DNA of 64,000 nucleotides. Origin: an uncultured Fibrobacteria bacterium. GTDB lineage: Bacteria; Fibrobacterota; Fibrobacteria; UBA11236. How positions within the stretch are numbered: the first letter of the stretch is position 1; every line of letters begins with the position of its first letter. The notes beneath the pieces are model-generated. The model was not told where the DNA came from. It ran no database searches and saw only the letters and a program-made list of their open reading frames with translations. Made by a program: the position numbers and the translations under genes. Positions 1 through 9,582 of this stretch are shown in pieces. The stretch is taken from NCBI GenBank assembly GCA_963716395.1, contig OY970309.1:736001-800000 (forward strand), read 5' to 3'.

Positions 1-98
1 GCCGCGATGGCCAGCGCGCAGCGCGCGCGCTCGTGCAGCAATTCCACCAGTTTTTCGTTGAGGGCGTCAATGCGGCCGCGCCAGCCGTCCAAATCCAT
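1..98 (-). CDS. Chorismate mutase (AroQ/PheA N-terminal type), 5' part only; runs off window start
   Basis: Manual translation from ATG at 98: [32 protein letters not shown], a typical CM_2 N-terminus (RxxIDxxxxxLxxLLxER). ATG overlaps the trpA stop (TGATG). Confidence 0.85.
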   Translation of the reverse strand, partial: MDLDGWRGRIDALNEKLVELLHERARCALAIA

Positions 99-928
99 CA
101 GGCCCGCTCCGTCCCGGCTGAGCTTGCCGAAGCCTTGGTCGGAGCCGCCAGCGACGCCGCCACGGCGCGCAGGTCCGCGAGCATTTCCGCAAACGGCTTG
201 GGCTCCAAGGTGCGGCGGACCAAGGCCGAACCCACCACGGCGCCGTCGCAGAGGGCGCACACCGCGCGCACCTGATCGGGCGTGGAGATGCCGAAACCGA
301 CCACCACCGGAATTGGTGAAGCGTGGCGCACGGCGGTCAGCTTCTCTTCCAAATCGGCCTGAAAGCCCTCGCGTTCGCCCGTGATGCCGGTGCGCGAGAT
401 GTAGTACAGAAAGCCGTTGCCTTTTTCCAGAATGCGTTGCAGGCGCGCGGGCGTGGTGGTGGGCGCGGCCAGAAAGACGAGGCGCAATTCAAGATCGCGG
501 CAGACGGCGGCCATGTCGTCGGCTTCTTCGACGGGCAAATCCACCAGCAGAAAACCGTCGGCGCCCGCGGCCTTGGCCCTTTCGGCAAAGGACCGCAACC
601 CGTGCCGGTAAATGGGGTTCAAATACGAAAACACGACGATGGGCATTTGCGATTGGGCGCGGATGCGCCGCACCATGTCGAGATAGGCCGTGTCGGTGAC
701 GCCGTTAACGAGCGCGCGGGCGGCGGCCAATTGGTTCACCGCGCCGTCGGCCATGGGATCGGAAAACGGGTAGCCCAGTTCCAATACGTCGGCACCGACC
801 TTTTCCAACTCCAGCGCGATGCGCACGGTTTCGTCGCAGCCCGGCACGCCGGCGGCGATGTAGGGAATGAAGGCCTTCTGCCCCGCGGCGCGCAGGCGCG
901 CAAAGGCGGCGTCGATGCGGTTGCTCAT
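98..928 (-). CDS. trpA: Tryptophan synthase alpha chain
   Basis: C-terminal part of ORF 98..1777, from [12 protein letters not shown]. Motifs [42 protein letters not shown] overlap with the trpB stop. Confidence 0.97.
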   Translation of the reverse strand: MSNRIDAAFARLRAAGQKAFIPYIAAGVPGCDETVRIALELEKVGADVLELGYPFSDPMADGAVNQLAAARALVNGVTDTAYLDMVRRIRAQSQMPIVVFSYLNPIYRHGLRSFAERAKAAGADGFLLVDLPVEEADDMAAVCRDLELRLVFLAAPTTTPARLQRILEKGNGFLYYISRTGITGEREGFQADLEEKLTAVRHASPIPVVVGFGISTPDQVRAVCALCDGAVVGSALVRRTLEPKPFAEMLADLRAVAASLAAPTKASASSAGTERA

Positions 929-2178
929 GCCTCCGCCCCTGAACCGGCGGAATGGGGAACCGCCGCCGCTCCCGGCCCCGCCGATTCCGGCGGAGCGGCG
1001 TTCATGACGGTTTGCAGGTCTTTGTCGCCGCGGCCCGAAAGGTTGACCACCATCAAGGTTTGGGGCGGCAGCGTCGGCGCCAGCTTCAGGGCGTGGGCCA
1101 CGGCATGCGCGCTTTCGAGCGCCGGAATGATGCCTTCGAGCCGGCACAGGGCGTGGAAGGCGTCGAGCGCTTCGCGATCGGTGGCCGAGGTGTATTCGAT
1201 GCGTTTGTGATCGCGGTAATAAGCGTGTTCCGGTCCGATGGAGGCGTAATCCAGCCCGGCCGAAATGCTGTGGGTTTCGGCGATTTGTCCCTGCGGAGTT
1301 TGCAGGACATAGCTGCGCGTTCCGTGCAGTACGCCGAGCACGCCGCCTTCGAAGCGGGCCGCGTGCCGGCCCGAAGCGATGCCTTCGCCTCCCGCCTCCA
1401 CGCCGATCAGGCGCACCGCCGGCCGGTCGAGAAAGTTCCAGAACAGACCGATGGAATTGCTGCCGCCGCCCACGCAAGCCACAAGCACGTCGGGCAGGCG
1501 GCCTTCGTGTTCGCGTAGTTGGGTTTCGGTTTCCTGTCCGATGATTTTCTGAAAGTTGCGCACGATGAGCGGATAGGGATGCGGTCCCAAGGCCGAACCG
1601 AAGACGTAATGGGTGCTGTGAATATTGGTGACCCAGTCGCGGATGGCTTCGTTGATGGCGTCTTTCAAAGTCATGGAGCCCGAATCCACCGGCACCACTT
1701 CGGCGCCCAGGATGCGCATGCGGTAGACATTGGGCGCCTGGCGCTCCATGTCGACCCGGCCCATGTAGATCACACATTCCATGCCGAAGCGGGCCGCGGC
1801 CGTGGCTGTGGCCACGCCGTGCTGGCCGGCGCCGGTTTCGGCGATGATGCGCCGCTTGCCCATGCGCCGGGCGATCAGCACCTGGCCCAGCGAGTTGTTG
1901 ATCTTGTGCGCGCCGGTATGGTTCAGGTCTTCACGCTTGAGATAGATCTTGGCGCCGGCGCATTTTTGCGTGAGCCGCGCGGCGAAGTAGAGCGGCGAGG
2001 GGCGGCCCACGAAATCGCGCAACAGACCGTTCAATTCATCGTGGAATTCCGCATCGCTTTCCAGGGTCCGGTAATACGCCTCCAACTCTTCGAGCGCGGG
2101 CATGAGAACTTCGGGCGCAAACTTGCCGCCATAAGGGCCGAACCGCCCCCAGGCATCGGGGAGAGCGTGAGGATTCAT
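925..2178 (-). CDS. trpB: Tryptophan synthase beta chain
   Basis: [15 protein letters not shown] (PLP lysine), [30 protein letters not shown]. Confidence 0.98.
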   Translation of the reverse strand: MNPHALPDAWGRFGPYGGKFAPEVLMPALEELEAYYRTLESDAEFHDELNGLLRDFVGRPSPLYFAARLTQKCAGAKIYLKREDLNHTGAHKINNSLGQVLIARRMGKRRIIAETGAGQHGVATATAAARFGMECVIYMGRVDMERQAPNVYRMRILGAEVVPVDSGSMTLKDAINEAIRDWVTNIHSTHYVFGSALGPHPYPLIVRNFQKIIGQETETQLREHEGRLPDVLVACVGGGSNSIGLFWNFLDRPAVRLIGVEAGGEGIASGRHAARFEGGVLGVLHGTRSYVLQTPQGQIAETHSISAGLDYASIGPEHAYYRDHKRIEYTSATDREALDAFHALCRLEGIIPALESAHAVAHALKLAPTLPPQTLMVVNLSGRGDKDLQTVMNAAPPESAGPGAAAVPHSAGSGAEA

Positions 2179-2546
2179 CAAGCGCCCTCCTGTGAAAAAT
2201 TCTTAAGAATGACCTTGAGTTGCGGAATCACTTTGGGGAACTCGGCCGAGACAATGGCATGAACCACGTCCAGACGAACCGCGTCATAGCCGTGAATCAG
2301 CCGGTTGCGGGTGGAGACCGCTTCTTTCCAGGGCAACTGCGGATAGAAAGGACGATGCGCCAGAGGTACACGAGCTGCGGCTTCGCCGAATACCTCAATA
2401 CAACGCAAGAGCGCCAATTGGGTCACCCGATCGTTTTCCAATTCCGACAGAGATCGCCCCTTTAAAATGGAAACGGCTTCGCCCGCATATTGAAGCATAT
2501 CTTCGAAATGCCATAGGTTGCGGGTGGGGTCGGGATTATTCCCCAT
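2178..2546 (-). CDS. hepT: HepT-like HEPN RNase toxin (DUF86)
   Basis: 122 aa with RNRLIHGY (RX4HXY motif) and EVFGEAA..P.LPW. Lies downstream of an MNT gene. Confidence 0.9.
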   Translation of the reverse strand: MGNNPDPTRNLWHFEDMLQYAGEAVSILKGRSLSELENDRVTQLALLRCIEVFGEAAARVPLAHRPFYPQLPWKEAVSTRNRLIHGYDAVRLDVVHAIVSAEFPKVIPQLKVILKNFSQEGA

Positions 2547-2835
2547 AAACCAAGGCGGCCTTTGACAAGATTTCTGCCCGACGTGAAGGGCGAAAATCTT
2601 CTGGAGTGTAAAAATCGACTTTTCGTCCTAGAATGGGCTCGAGCTCTTCGTGCAAAGCGAACATGCTCCAACCCGGATGAATATGGGAATGAAACTCCGC
2701 CAACACATCCACGTCGCTTCCCGCCCCAAAATTTTCAGTCAAAACCGATCCATAGAGCCATAGCTTGTGGATCCCATGCTTCCGGCAAAACTCATTTAGT
2801 GCCTCTTGCGGCAGGTAAATGGGGTAGGTTGGCAT
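2536..2835 (-). CDS. mntA: MntA-like minimal nucleotidyltransferase antitoxin
   Basis: From MPTYPIYLPQ: LYGSV...SDVDVL (GS-X10-DXD) and LGRKVD. 99 aa, overlapping the HEPN gene. Confidence 0.9.
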   Translation of the reverse strand: MPTYPIYLPQEALNEFCRKHGIHKLWLYGSVLTENFGAGSDVDVLAEFHSHIHPGWSMFALHEELEPILGRKVDFYTPEDFRPSRRAEILSKAALVYGE

Positions 2836-2942
2836 GCTTCCGCAAAAGTAGTTCTCGGGGATCGTGATCCCCATGCAATGCCAACCCGGCGGGACCCCAA
2901 AAACACGTGTCCCGGTTTTTTTAGAGGAGCGGACTCTCTGCA

Positions 2943-3020
2943 AAATAGCCGGGTCCGAAGATAGCGGAGAAATCGTGCGACGGTCAAAGCTTATACAGTT
3001 AGGGAACGCCCAGCATGCGT
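2943..3020 (-). pseudogene. Decayed duplicate of the 3' end of the phosphoesterase gene (copy of 4333-4410)
   Basis: Ungapped hand alignment 59/78 nt identical to 4333-4410. Translates RMLGVP*LYKL*PSHDFSAIFGPGYF versus RILGVPVLPRVSQARDFSDFFEPGYF. Confidence 0.8.
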
Positions 3021-3060
3021 AGGCGGTAGAAATTGGACGCCTGGCGATCCCTATCGAAGC

Positions 3061-3104
3061 GGGCCGAATCTCCCCCAGGCGTCGGGAAGAGCGTGGGGGT
3101 TTAT
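3061..3104 (-). pseudogene. Duplicate of the first ~15 codons of trpB (copy of 2135-2178)
   Basis: 37/44 nt identical, ungapped. Encodes [15 protein letters not shown] versus Trp[16 protein letters not shown]. Confidence 0.88.
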
Positions 3105-3190
3105 GATCGGAACCAAGTAACTTTTTGCGAATTCCCCTAAAAACCGGACCCGGCTGAAAGACCTCGCCATTACCTCATTCATGAGGTCGT

Positions 3191-4312
3191 ATGCCTTTCA
3201 CACGTTTTGCCTTTCACCTCCCATTCTCGTCCGCAGTACTCGGCATTGCCCTGTCGATGCTAGGCCTCTCCGCGGGCGCGCAGAGTTTGAATCCGACCGG
3301 TAACATTGCGATTCATGATCCTTCTTCCTTGGTTAAGGAAGGCGGTACCTATTACGTCTTTCAAACCGGAAATCTGATCCCGTGCAAAACCTCTCCGGAC
3401 ATGGTGCACTGGACCAACGCCGGTTCAGCGCTCTCTTCCCGGCCATCCTGGCAGGCTGCAACGGTTCCCAACAATGCGCCCGGTGATCTGTGGGCGCCGG
3501 ACATCAGTTACCGCAACGGCACCTATTGGCTGTATTATGCCGTCTCCTCCTCCGGCTCCCAGACCTCCGCCCTCGGTCTGGCCACACGGTCCTCCCTGGC
3601 CGCCGGCGCTTGGCAGGATCAGGGCGTGGTGATCACGTCCGCAACCTATTCGGTCAATGACAATGCCATCGATCCCAACAGCATCAGCGACGCCCAAGGC
3701 AACGTTTGGTTGGCCTGGGGTTCCTGGTGGAACGGGATTTTCCTCATCCCCGTGGATCCGCAAACCGGAAAACCGACCGCGTCTGCGCAACCCGTGAACC
3801 TCGCGGGACGAGGGGGAAAGGGAATCGAGGCGGCCTTCATCGTCTATGCACGCGGATACTACTACCTGTTCACTTCGTGGGATGTCTGCTGCCAGGGGAC
3901 GAGCAGCACGTATAACATGCGCTACGGCCGGGCGACCGAAGTGACCGGGCCCTATGTCGATACGGCCGGGCTGCCTTTGGTTTCGGGAGGGGGCACCCCG
4001 CTGAGCGACGGCTCCGGATTTCCCGGAGGGGGGCAATCCGTGTACGTTGAAAACGGGAACTATTACCTCATCTATCACGTTTATGACGGCCGCAATAATC
4101 CGGCCAGTTTGCAGATCCGCCATCTTTACTTTAACGCCCAAGCCTGGCCCACCTTCGACCCGGCCGCGGCGGTAAGCATTCAACCGCGTCCTTCATCGCA
4201 CCGACCCCTGTTGCTGTCAGGCACACACGAAAGTCCACCTGCGTTCTTCACCCCGACCGGCCGCAAGCTTCGGGATCCCGCGGGAACCTATTTCCTCCTG
4301 CCCGGAAAATAA
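3191..4312 (+). CDS. Secreted GH43 endo-1,5-alpha-L-arabinanase-like glycoside hydrolase
   Basis: Signal peptide; IHDPS, LWAPD, NAIDP, SWWNGI and IEAA catalytic motifs; SWDVCCQG; short basic C-terminal tail. Confidence 0.92.
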   Translation: MPFTRFAFHLPFSSAVLGIALSMLGLSAGAQSLNPTGNIAIHDPSSLVKEGGTYYVFQTGNLIPCKTSPDMVHWTNAGSALSSRPSWQAATVPNNAPGDLWAPDISYRNGTYWLYYAVSSSGSQTSALGLATRSSLAAGAWQDQGVVITSATYSVNDNAIDPNSISDAQGNVWLAWGSWWNGIFLIPVDPQTGKPTASAQPVNLAGRGGKGIEAAFIVYARGYYYLFTSWDVCCQGTSSTYNMRYGRATEVTGPYVDTAGLPLVSGGGTPLSDGSGFPGGGQSVYVENGNYYLIYHVYDGRNNPASLQIRHLYFNAQAWPTFDPAAAVSIQPRPSSHRPLLLSGTHESPPAFFTPTGRKLRDPAGTYFLLPGK

Positions 4313-4325
4313 AGGCGGCCTCGCA

Positions 4326-5285
4326 CTAGGGGAAATAGCCGGGTTCGAAAAAATCGGAGAAATCGCGCGCCTGGGAAACCCGAGGCAGCACCGGAACGCC
4401 CAGGATGCGTTCCACCGACTTGAGCAGGGAACCGTGATCGTATCGCACCTTACTGACATAGCCTTTTTTCACGTGTGCGCCGATCACCAAAAAGGGCAAT
4501 TTGGCCGTGACCGCCCCTTCGTCCCACGTGATGAAGATCACGCCTTCGTGGGCATGGCAATAAGCGATCAGCGGAGGGAGATTCGCCTTGAGCCACGCGT
4601 CGCCGGCCTGCACGTTGTCGGGATCCGGGCACCCGGCCGCTCCGTGCATGTCATGGCAAAGATTCGGCGTGAGGTAATTGTACGGCGCCCCCTTGTTGGC
4701 CGCGAGATCGCCGGCCAAATCCCGGTAGGGTTTGTGGTGTGCGGCGCAATAGGCGTTGGTCTGGGAGGGCGGGTGACCGGCCACGTCCTGGAAAAAAACG
4801 AAAGGATTGTGTTTCGGTTGGTAGAATCCCGCCGGCGAGGCGTCGACCGGACAGGCTCCCGAAACCGCATCCAGGCCTTCCTGGTACGACATCCACCCGA
4901 TGGGATGCTTGGCATGCCGGAGCTGGGTGACCAGATGCGCCGTACTGCGGGTGCTGTTCTTGGCCGAGGGCGGGGCGTCGTCGACAAAGGTGCGGTCGGG
5001 GAAAACATTGGTGCCGGCCTCCATCCACACATAATGCGGTTCGCTGGGAATGGGGAGAGGCAATTCATCGGTGAAATTGGAAGCGATGGCGTAATCGGGA
5101 ATGAGTTCTCCGTTGATATAAGGCGCACTCGTGGTGTTCCCGTAAATAAAAGGGACATGGGGCGCGGCGGAATCGGCATCGGTGTTTTCCATGACGATGA
5201 CAAAGATGGTTTTGATTTTCGCGGCGGCCGCGACGGTAAGGCCAGGGCTGAAGGCCAGGGCAAATAGGAAAAGTCGGATTTTCAT
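4326..5285 (-). CDS. Secreted phosphoesterase (acid phosphatase / phospholipase C family)
   Basis: Signal peptide; IFVIVMEN, PSEPHY, KHNPF, PNLCHDMH, ITWDEG, YDHGSLLKS. Confidence 0.9.
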   Translation of the reverse strand: MKIRLFLFALAFSPGLTVAAAAKIKTIFVIVMENTDADSAAPHVPFIYGNTTSAPYINGELIPDYAIASNFTDELPLPIPSEPHYVWMEAGTNVFPDRTFVDDAPPSAKNSTRSTAHLVTQLRHAKHPIGWMSYQEGLDAVSGACPVDASPAGFYQPKHNPFVFFQDVAGHPPSQTNAYCAAHHKPYRDLAGDLAANKGAPYNYLTPNLCHDMHGAAGCPDPDNVQAGDAWLKANLPPLIAYCHAHEGVIFITWDEGAVTAKLPFLVIGAHVKKGYVSKVRYDHGSLLKSVERILGVPVLPRVSQARDFSDFFEPGYFP

Positions 5286-5508
5286 GAGAACCTTTGGAAG
5301 GGGTTGGCCCGAAATAATAGGCGGTGAAAATTCCGCCTGACTTTGGAGTCCGATCGCCCCGGACTCGGGAACCCGCCGGCAAGGGTTTTCCGGCCCTGAC
5401 GCAGCCCAGAGACGGACGCATGACTTCCGCGTTCCACAAAATTGAAATGGCCCAAGGCTTGGGATTGTATCGCCTGGAGAATTTTTGGGGCCGTGGGTAT
5501 TAATATCG

Positions 5509-5532
5509 ATACATCGCGATTCATCGATGTAT
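5509..5532. promoter_or_regulatory. Palindromic operator upstream of metK-ahcY (ArsR/SahR-like spacing)
   Basis: ATACATCG-N8-CGATGTAT, a perfect 8-bp inverted repeat about 75 nt before the metK ATG and next to an extended -10 (TGgTATATT, 5547-5555). Confidence 0.55.
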
Positions 5533-5605
5533 GCTTGGCAAAAAAGTGGTATATTACCTCGACCGCCGCCTGACGGCGGCTTTTTTCGGCATCAGGAGAC
5601 TCGCC

Positions 5606-6811
5606 ATGTCCAAACACCTTTTCACTTCCGAATCCGTATCCATGGGCCATCCCGACAAAATGGCCGATCAGATTTCCGATTCCATCCTCGACGCAATGAT
5701 CGCGCAAGACGCGAAAAGCCGCGTGGCCTGCGAGACGATGATCACCACCGGCCTGGTGGTGGTGGCCGGCGAAATCACCACCACGGCCAACATCGATTTC
5801 CAGCACACGGTGCGCGAAGCCGTGCGCCGCACGGGTTACGACGATGCGGCCAAGGGCTTCGATTACAAAACCTGCGGTGTAATGATCGCGCTCGACAAGC
5901 AAAGCCCCGACATTGCGCAGGGCGTATCCGAAGGCGAAGGCCTGTTCCGGGAGCAGGGCGCCGGCGATCAAGGCATGATGTTCGGCTTCGCCTGCGATGA
6001 AACCGAAGAGCTGATGCCCATGCCCATCCATCTGGCGCACCGCCTGATGGAACGCCTGGCCAAGCTGCGCGAGAGCGGCGCCTTGCCCTGGCTGCGCCCC
6101 GATTCGAAATCGCAGATGACCGTGGAATACGTCGACGGCAAACCCAAGCGCATCGACACCGTGGTGCTTTCGACCCAACATGACGAAAAGGTCGACCATA
6201 AAACCATCACCCGCGAAGTGGTGGAGCAATGCGTCAAGCAGGTCATCGACCCGAGCCTGCTCGACGCCGCCACCCGCTACTTCATCAATCCCACCGGCCG
6301 CTTCGTGGTCGGGGGTCCCATGGGCGACTGCGGACTGACGGGCCGCAAGATCATCGTCGACACCTACGGCGGCATGGGCCGCCACGGCGGCGGTGCCTTT
6401 TCGGGCAAGGACCCTTCCAAGGTCGACCGCAGCGCGGCGTATGCCGCGCGTTACGTGGCCAAAAACATCGTGGCTGCGGGGCTGGCCACGCGCTGCGAAG
6501 TGCAGGTGGCCTACGCCATCGGCTACCACCAACCGGTGTCGGTGTATGTCGAAACCTTCGGCACCGGCCGCGTCGCCCCCGAAGCCCTGGAAAAGCTGGT
6601 GCGCGAGCACTTCGATCTCACGCCGCGCGGCATCATCACCGCCCTGGATCTGCTCAAGCCCCGCTACCGCGAAACCGCGGTGCACGGGCATTTCGGCCGC
6701 AAGGGAGCGGCGTTCACCTGGGAACGCACCGATAAGGCCGCGGCGCTGCAATCCGCCGCCGCGCCGCACCTCAAAGCCGGCGTCAAGTTGCCGGAGCCGG
6801 TGCTGGTATGA
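5606..6811 (+). CDS. metK: S-adenosylmethionine synthetase
   Basis: [56 protein letters not shown] before ATG 5606. Confidence 0.98.
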   Translation: MSKHLFTSESVSMGHPDKMADQISDSILDAMIAQDAKSRVACETMITTGLVVVAGEITTTANIDFQHTVREAVRRTGYDDAAKGFDYKTCGVMIALDKQSPDIAQGVSEGEGLFREQGAGDQGMMFGFACDETEELMPMPIHLAHRLMERLAKLRESGALPWLRPDSKSQMTVEYVDGKPKRIDTVVLSTQHDEKVDHKTITREVVEQCVKQVIDPSLLDAATRYFINPTGRFVVGGPMGDCGLTGRKIIVDTYGGMGRHGGGAFSGKDPSKVDRSAAYAARYVAKNIVAAGLATRCEVQVAYAIGYHQPVSVYVETFGTGRVAPEALEKLVREHFDLTPRGIITALDLLKPRYRETAVHGHFGRKGAAFTWERTDKAAALQSAAAPHLKAGVKLPEPVLV

Positions 6812-6935
6812 CCGGCTGGGCCGCCGTCCCGCCGGCAGTCGAGAGTTCCCTCCGCAAGACCGTAACCTTCAAGTAACACAAAATCCCGCCGCCTCGGCTC
6901 CGCCGACGTCGGCACGCGACCCGGAAAGGCCCGCC

Positions 6936-8378
6936 ATGACCACCACCGCCACCCCGAAGCCCGCCTCCACCAACGACTTCAAAGTCGCCGATCTCTCCTT
7001 GGCTGATTTCGGCCGCAAAGAAATCGACATCGCCGAAAAGGAAATGCCCGGACTCATGGCCGTGCGCGCGAAATACGGACCGCAAAAACCCTTGCGGGGT
7101 GTGCGCATCACGGGATCGCTGCATATGACCATCCAAACCGCGGTCCTCATCGAAACCCTGGTCGAACTCGGGGCCGACGTGCGCTGGGCCTCGTGCAACA
7201 TCTTCTCCACCCAGGACCACGCTGCGGCCGCCATCGCCGCGGCCGGCGTGCCGGTGTTCGCCTGGAAGGGCGAGTCGCTCGAGGAGTATTGGGACTGCAC
7301 CTTCAAGGCCTTATGTCATCCCGGCGCCGAAGGCCAAGCCCTCGGGCCGCAGCTCATCGTCGATGACGGCGGCGACGCGACCTTGCTGTTGCATTGGGGC
7401 GTGAAGGCCGAAAAAGATTCCGCCTTCCTCGACCGCAAGCCCGGCAGCGAGGAAGAAGGCGTCATTCTCGCCCTGCTCAAGAAAACCTTGCAAACCCATC
7501 CCGGCCTGTGGACCCGCTTCGTGCGCGACTGGAAAGGCGTGTCGGAAGAAACCACCACCGGCGTGCACCGCCTCTATCAAATGCTGCAAAAAGGCGAACT
7601 GCTGGTTCCCGCCATCAATGTCAACGACAGCGTGACCAAAAGCAAATTCGACAATCTTTACGGCTGCCGCGAATCGCTGGCCGACGGCATCAAGCGCGCC
7701 ACCGACGTCATGGTGGCGGGCAAAATCGTGGTCATCGCCGGCTACGGCGACGTGGGCAAGGGCTGCGCCCACAGCATGCGCAGCTATGGCGCGCGCGTAC
7801 TGGTCACCGAAATCGACCCCATCAACGCGCTGCAAGCCGCCATGGAAGGCTTCGAGGTCACCACCATGGAAGAGGCGGCCCGGGAGGGGAACCTCTTCGT
7901 CACCACCACCGGCAATGTCGATGTGATCACCGTGGCGCACATGCAGACCATGAAGGACGAAAGCATCATCTGCAACATCGGCCATTTCGACAGCGAAATC
8001 GACGTGGCGGGATTGCGCGGGCTGCCCGGCGTGAAGACCTTAAACATCAAGCCCCAGGTCGACAAATTCATGTTGCCCAACGGCCGCTGCCTGTATCTGC
8101 TCGCCGAGGGCCGGCTGGTGAATCTGGGCTGCGCCACGGGACATCCGAGTTTCGTGATGTCGAATTCGTTCACCAACCAGACCCTGGCGCAAATCGACTT
8201 GTGGACCAACCCCCGGCCCGTGGGCGTGTATACGTTGCCGAAAAAGCTCGACGAAGAAGTGGCGCGCCTGCATCTGGCCAAGCTCGGGGTCAAGCTGACC
8301 CGCCTCAGTCCCAAACAGGCCGAATACATCGGCGTGCCGGCGGACGGGCCGTATAAACCCGAGCATTACCGCTACTAG
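6936..8378 (+). CDS. ahcY: Adenosylhomocysteinase
   Basis: [49 protein letters not shown]-terminal KPEHYRY. Confidence 0.98.
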   Translation: MTTTATPKPASTNDFKVADLSLADFGRKEIDIAEKEMPGLMAVRAKYGPQKPLRGVRITGSLHMTIQTAVLIETLVELGADVRWASCNIFSTQDHAAAAIAAAGVPVFAWKGESLEEYWDCTFKALCHPGAEGQALGPQLIVDDGGDATLLLHWGVKAEKDSAFLDRKPGSEEEGVILALLKKTLQTHPGLWTRFVRDWKGVSEETTTGVHRLYQMLQKGELLVPAINVNDSVTKSKFDNLYGCRESLADGIKRATDVMVAGKIVVIAGYGDVGKGCAHSMRSYGARVLVTEIDPINALQAAMEGFEVTTMEEAAREGNLFVTTTGNVDVITVAHMQTMKDESIICNIGHFDSEIDVAGLRGLPGVKTLNIKPQVDKFMLPNGRCLYLLAEGRLVNLGCATGHPSFVMSNSFTNQTLAQIDLWTNPRPVGVYTLPKKLDEEVARLHLAKLGVKLTRLSPKQAEYIGVPADGPYKPEHYRY

Positions 8379-8427
8379 AGGGGACAAGCCCCAAACATTG
8401 TCGCCGCTAGAAGGTATTGAGCGACCG

Positions 8428-8500
8428 AAAGACGTTGTGCAACGGTCCGCAACCCCATTGTAATTGATCGTTACAACGTCTTTTTGTGATTTTCTTTTTT
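8428..8500 (+). terminator. Long hairpin plus T-rich tract after ahcY
   Basis: AAAGACGTTGT (8428-8438) pairs perfectly with ACAACGTCTTT (8473-8483) and extends a further 7 bp past a 2-nt bulge. T-rich run follows. Confidence 0.5.
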
Positions 8501-8538
8501 TATAGCTTCCCAAGTTCCACCTTTCTTGGAAAGCCGCC

Positions 8539-9579
8539 ATGCGCCCCCATCCCTTTCTTTATTGCCTGGTGGCCGGCTTCGGATTGCTGGCGTGCAACCG
8601 GCATGCGGCGGATTCCGGCGAAGCCAAGGCCCGTGGCGGCGCGCCGGAAGCCCTTGCCGCCGTCGTTTTGAACGCCGCCACGGTCACTTCCAATGTCATC
8701 GCCACCGGCACCGTGCTGGCCGAACACCAGGTCGATGTGCAAACCGAAATTTCTGGCAAAGTGGTGCATATCGGATTTCCCGAAGGCGGGCATGTGGCGG
8801 CCGGGCAGGAGCTTGTCAAGCTGGACGATTCGGAACTGCGGGCACAATATGAGAAAGCCAAAGCGCAATTGCTGCTCGCCCAGGTGCAGGAAAAGCGGAT
8901 GCAGCCGCAATTCGAGGCCGGTGCCGTAAGCCAGCAGGACGTCGATCAGGCGCGTGCCCAACTGGAATCGGCCCAGGCCGATGCCGCGCTCATCAAAGCC
9001 CAATTGGATAAGTGTGAAATCCGGGCGCCGTTCGCCGGGGATGTGGGATTGCGGCTGGTGGAACTGGGATCGGTTTTACAACCCGGCACCAAGGTGACCA
9101 CCTTGCAGGATTTGCATTCCTTCCGGATCGAATTCTCCGTGCCCGAAGATCAGACGGCCGGAGTTCGGATCGGACTTCCAGTGAAATTCACGGTGACCGG
9201 GCGCAAAGACACCCTGAACGCCACCATCTTCGCCATCGAACCCGCTCTCGATCCCAGCACCCGCCTGATGACGGTGCGGGCCCGCTGTCCCGCCCCCAAG
9301 GGCGGATTGCGGCCGGGAGCCTTCGCCACAGTGGAAGTGCCGGTGCATGCGACCCAAGCGCTGTGGGTTCCGGCCCAGGGCGTGGTCGAAAGTTCGGCCG
9401 GAAGCCAGGTCTGGCTGGTGCGCGACGGAAAGGCGAAATTACAGGTCTTTCGTCCGGGTACGCGCACTCCCGAAGCCGTGGAGGCAGTACAAGGTTTGTC
9501 GGCCGGAGACACCGTGCTGGTATCCGGCCTGATGCAATTGCATCCGGGGATACCGGTCAAACCCAAAATCAATTCTTAA
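8539..9579 (+). CDS. RND efflux periplasmic adaptor (MFP) lipoprotein
   Basis: Lipobox LLAC; G-V..G..L..LD lipoyl-like motif; IRAPFAG; LRPGAFA. Confidence 0.93.
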   Translation: MRPHPFLYCLVAGFGLLACNRHAADSGEAKARGGAPEALAAVVLNAATVTSNVIATGTVLAEHQVDVQTEISGKVVHIGFPEGGHVAAGQELVKLDDSELRAQYEKAKAQLLLAQVQEKRMQPQFEAGAVSQQDVDQARAQLESAQADAALIKAQLDKCEIRAPFAGDVGLRLVELGSVLQPGTKVTTLQDLHSFRIEFSVPEDQTAGVRIGLPVKFTVTGRKDTLNATIFAIEPALDPSTRLMTVRARCPAPKGGLRPGAFATVEVPVHATQALWVPAQGVVESSAGSQVWLVRDGKAKLQVFRPGTRTPEAVEAVQGLSAGDTVLVSGLMQLHPGIPVKPKINS

Positions 9580-9582
9580 TCC

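Noticed and set aside
929-1777. Long N-terminal extensions in the ORF track (trpA, also ahcY, exbB, exbD, tolC, emrB)
   Set aside because: They overlap upstream genes; internal starts with RBS or stop/start overlaps fit the family N-termini.
6812-6935. Possible SAH/SAM riboswitch between metK and ahcY
   Set aside because: Conserved cores (GAGGAGCG..CAGGCTC; ATC.AGAG..GCAACC) were not found.
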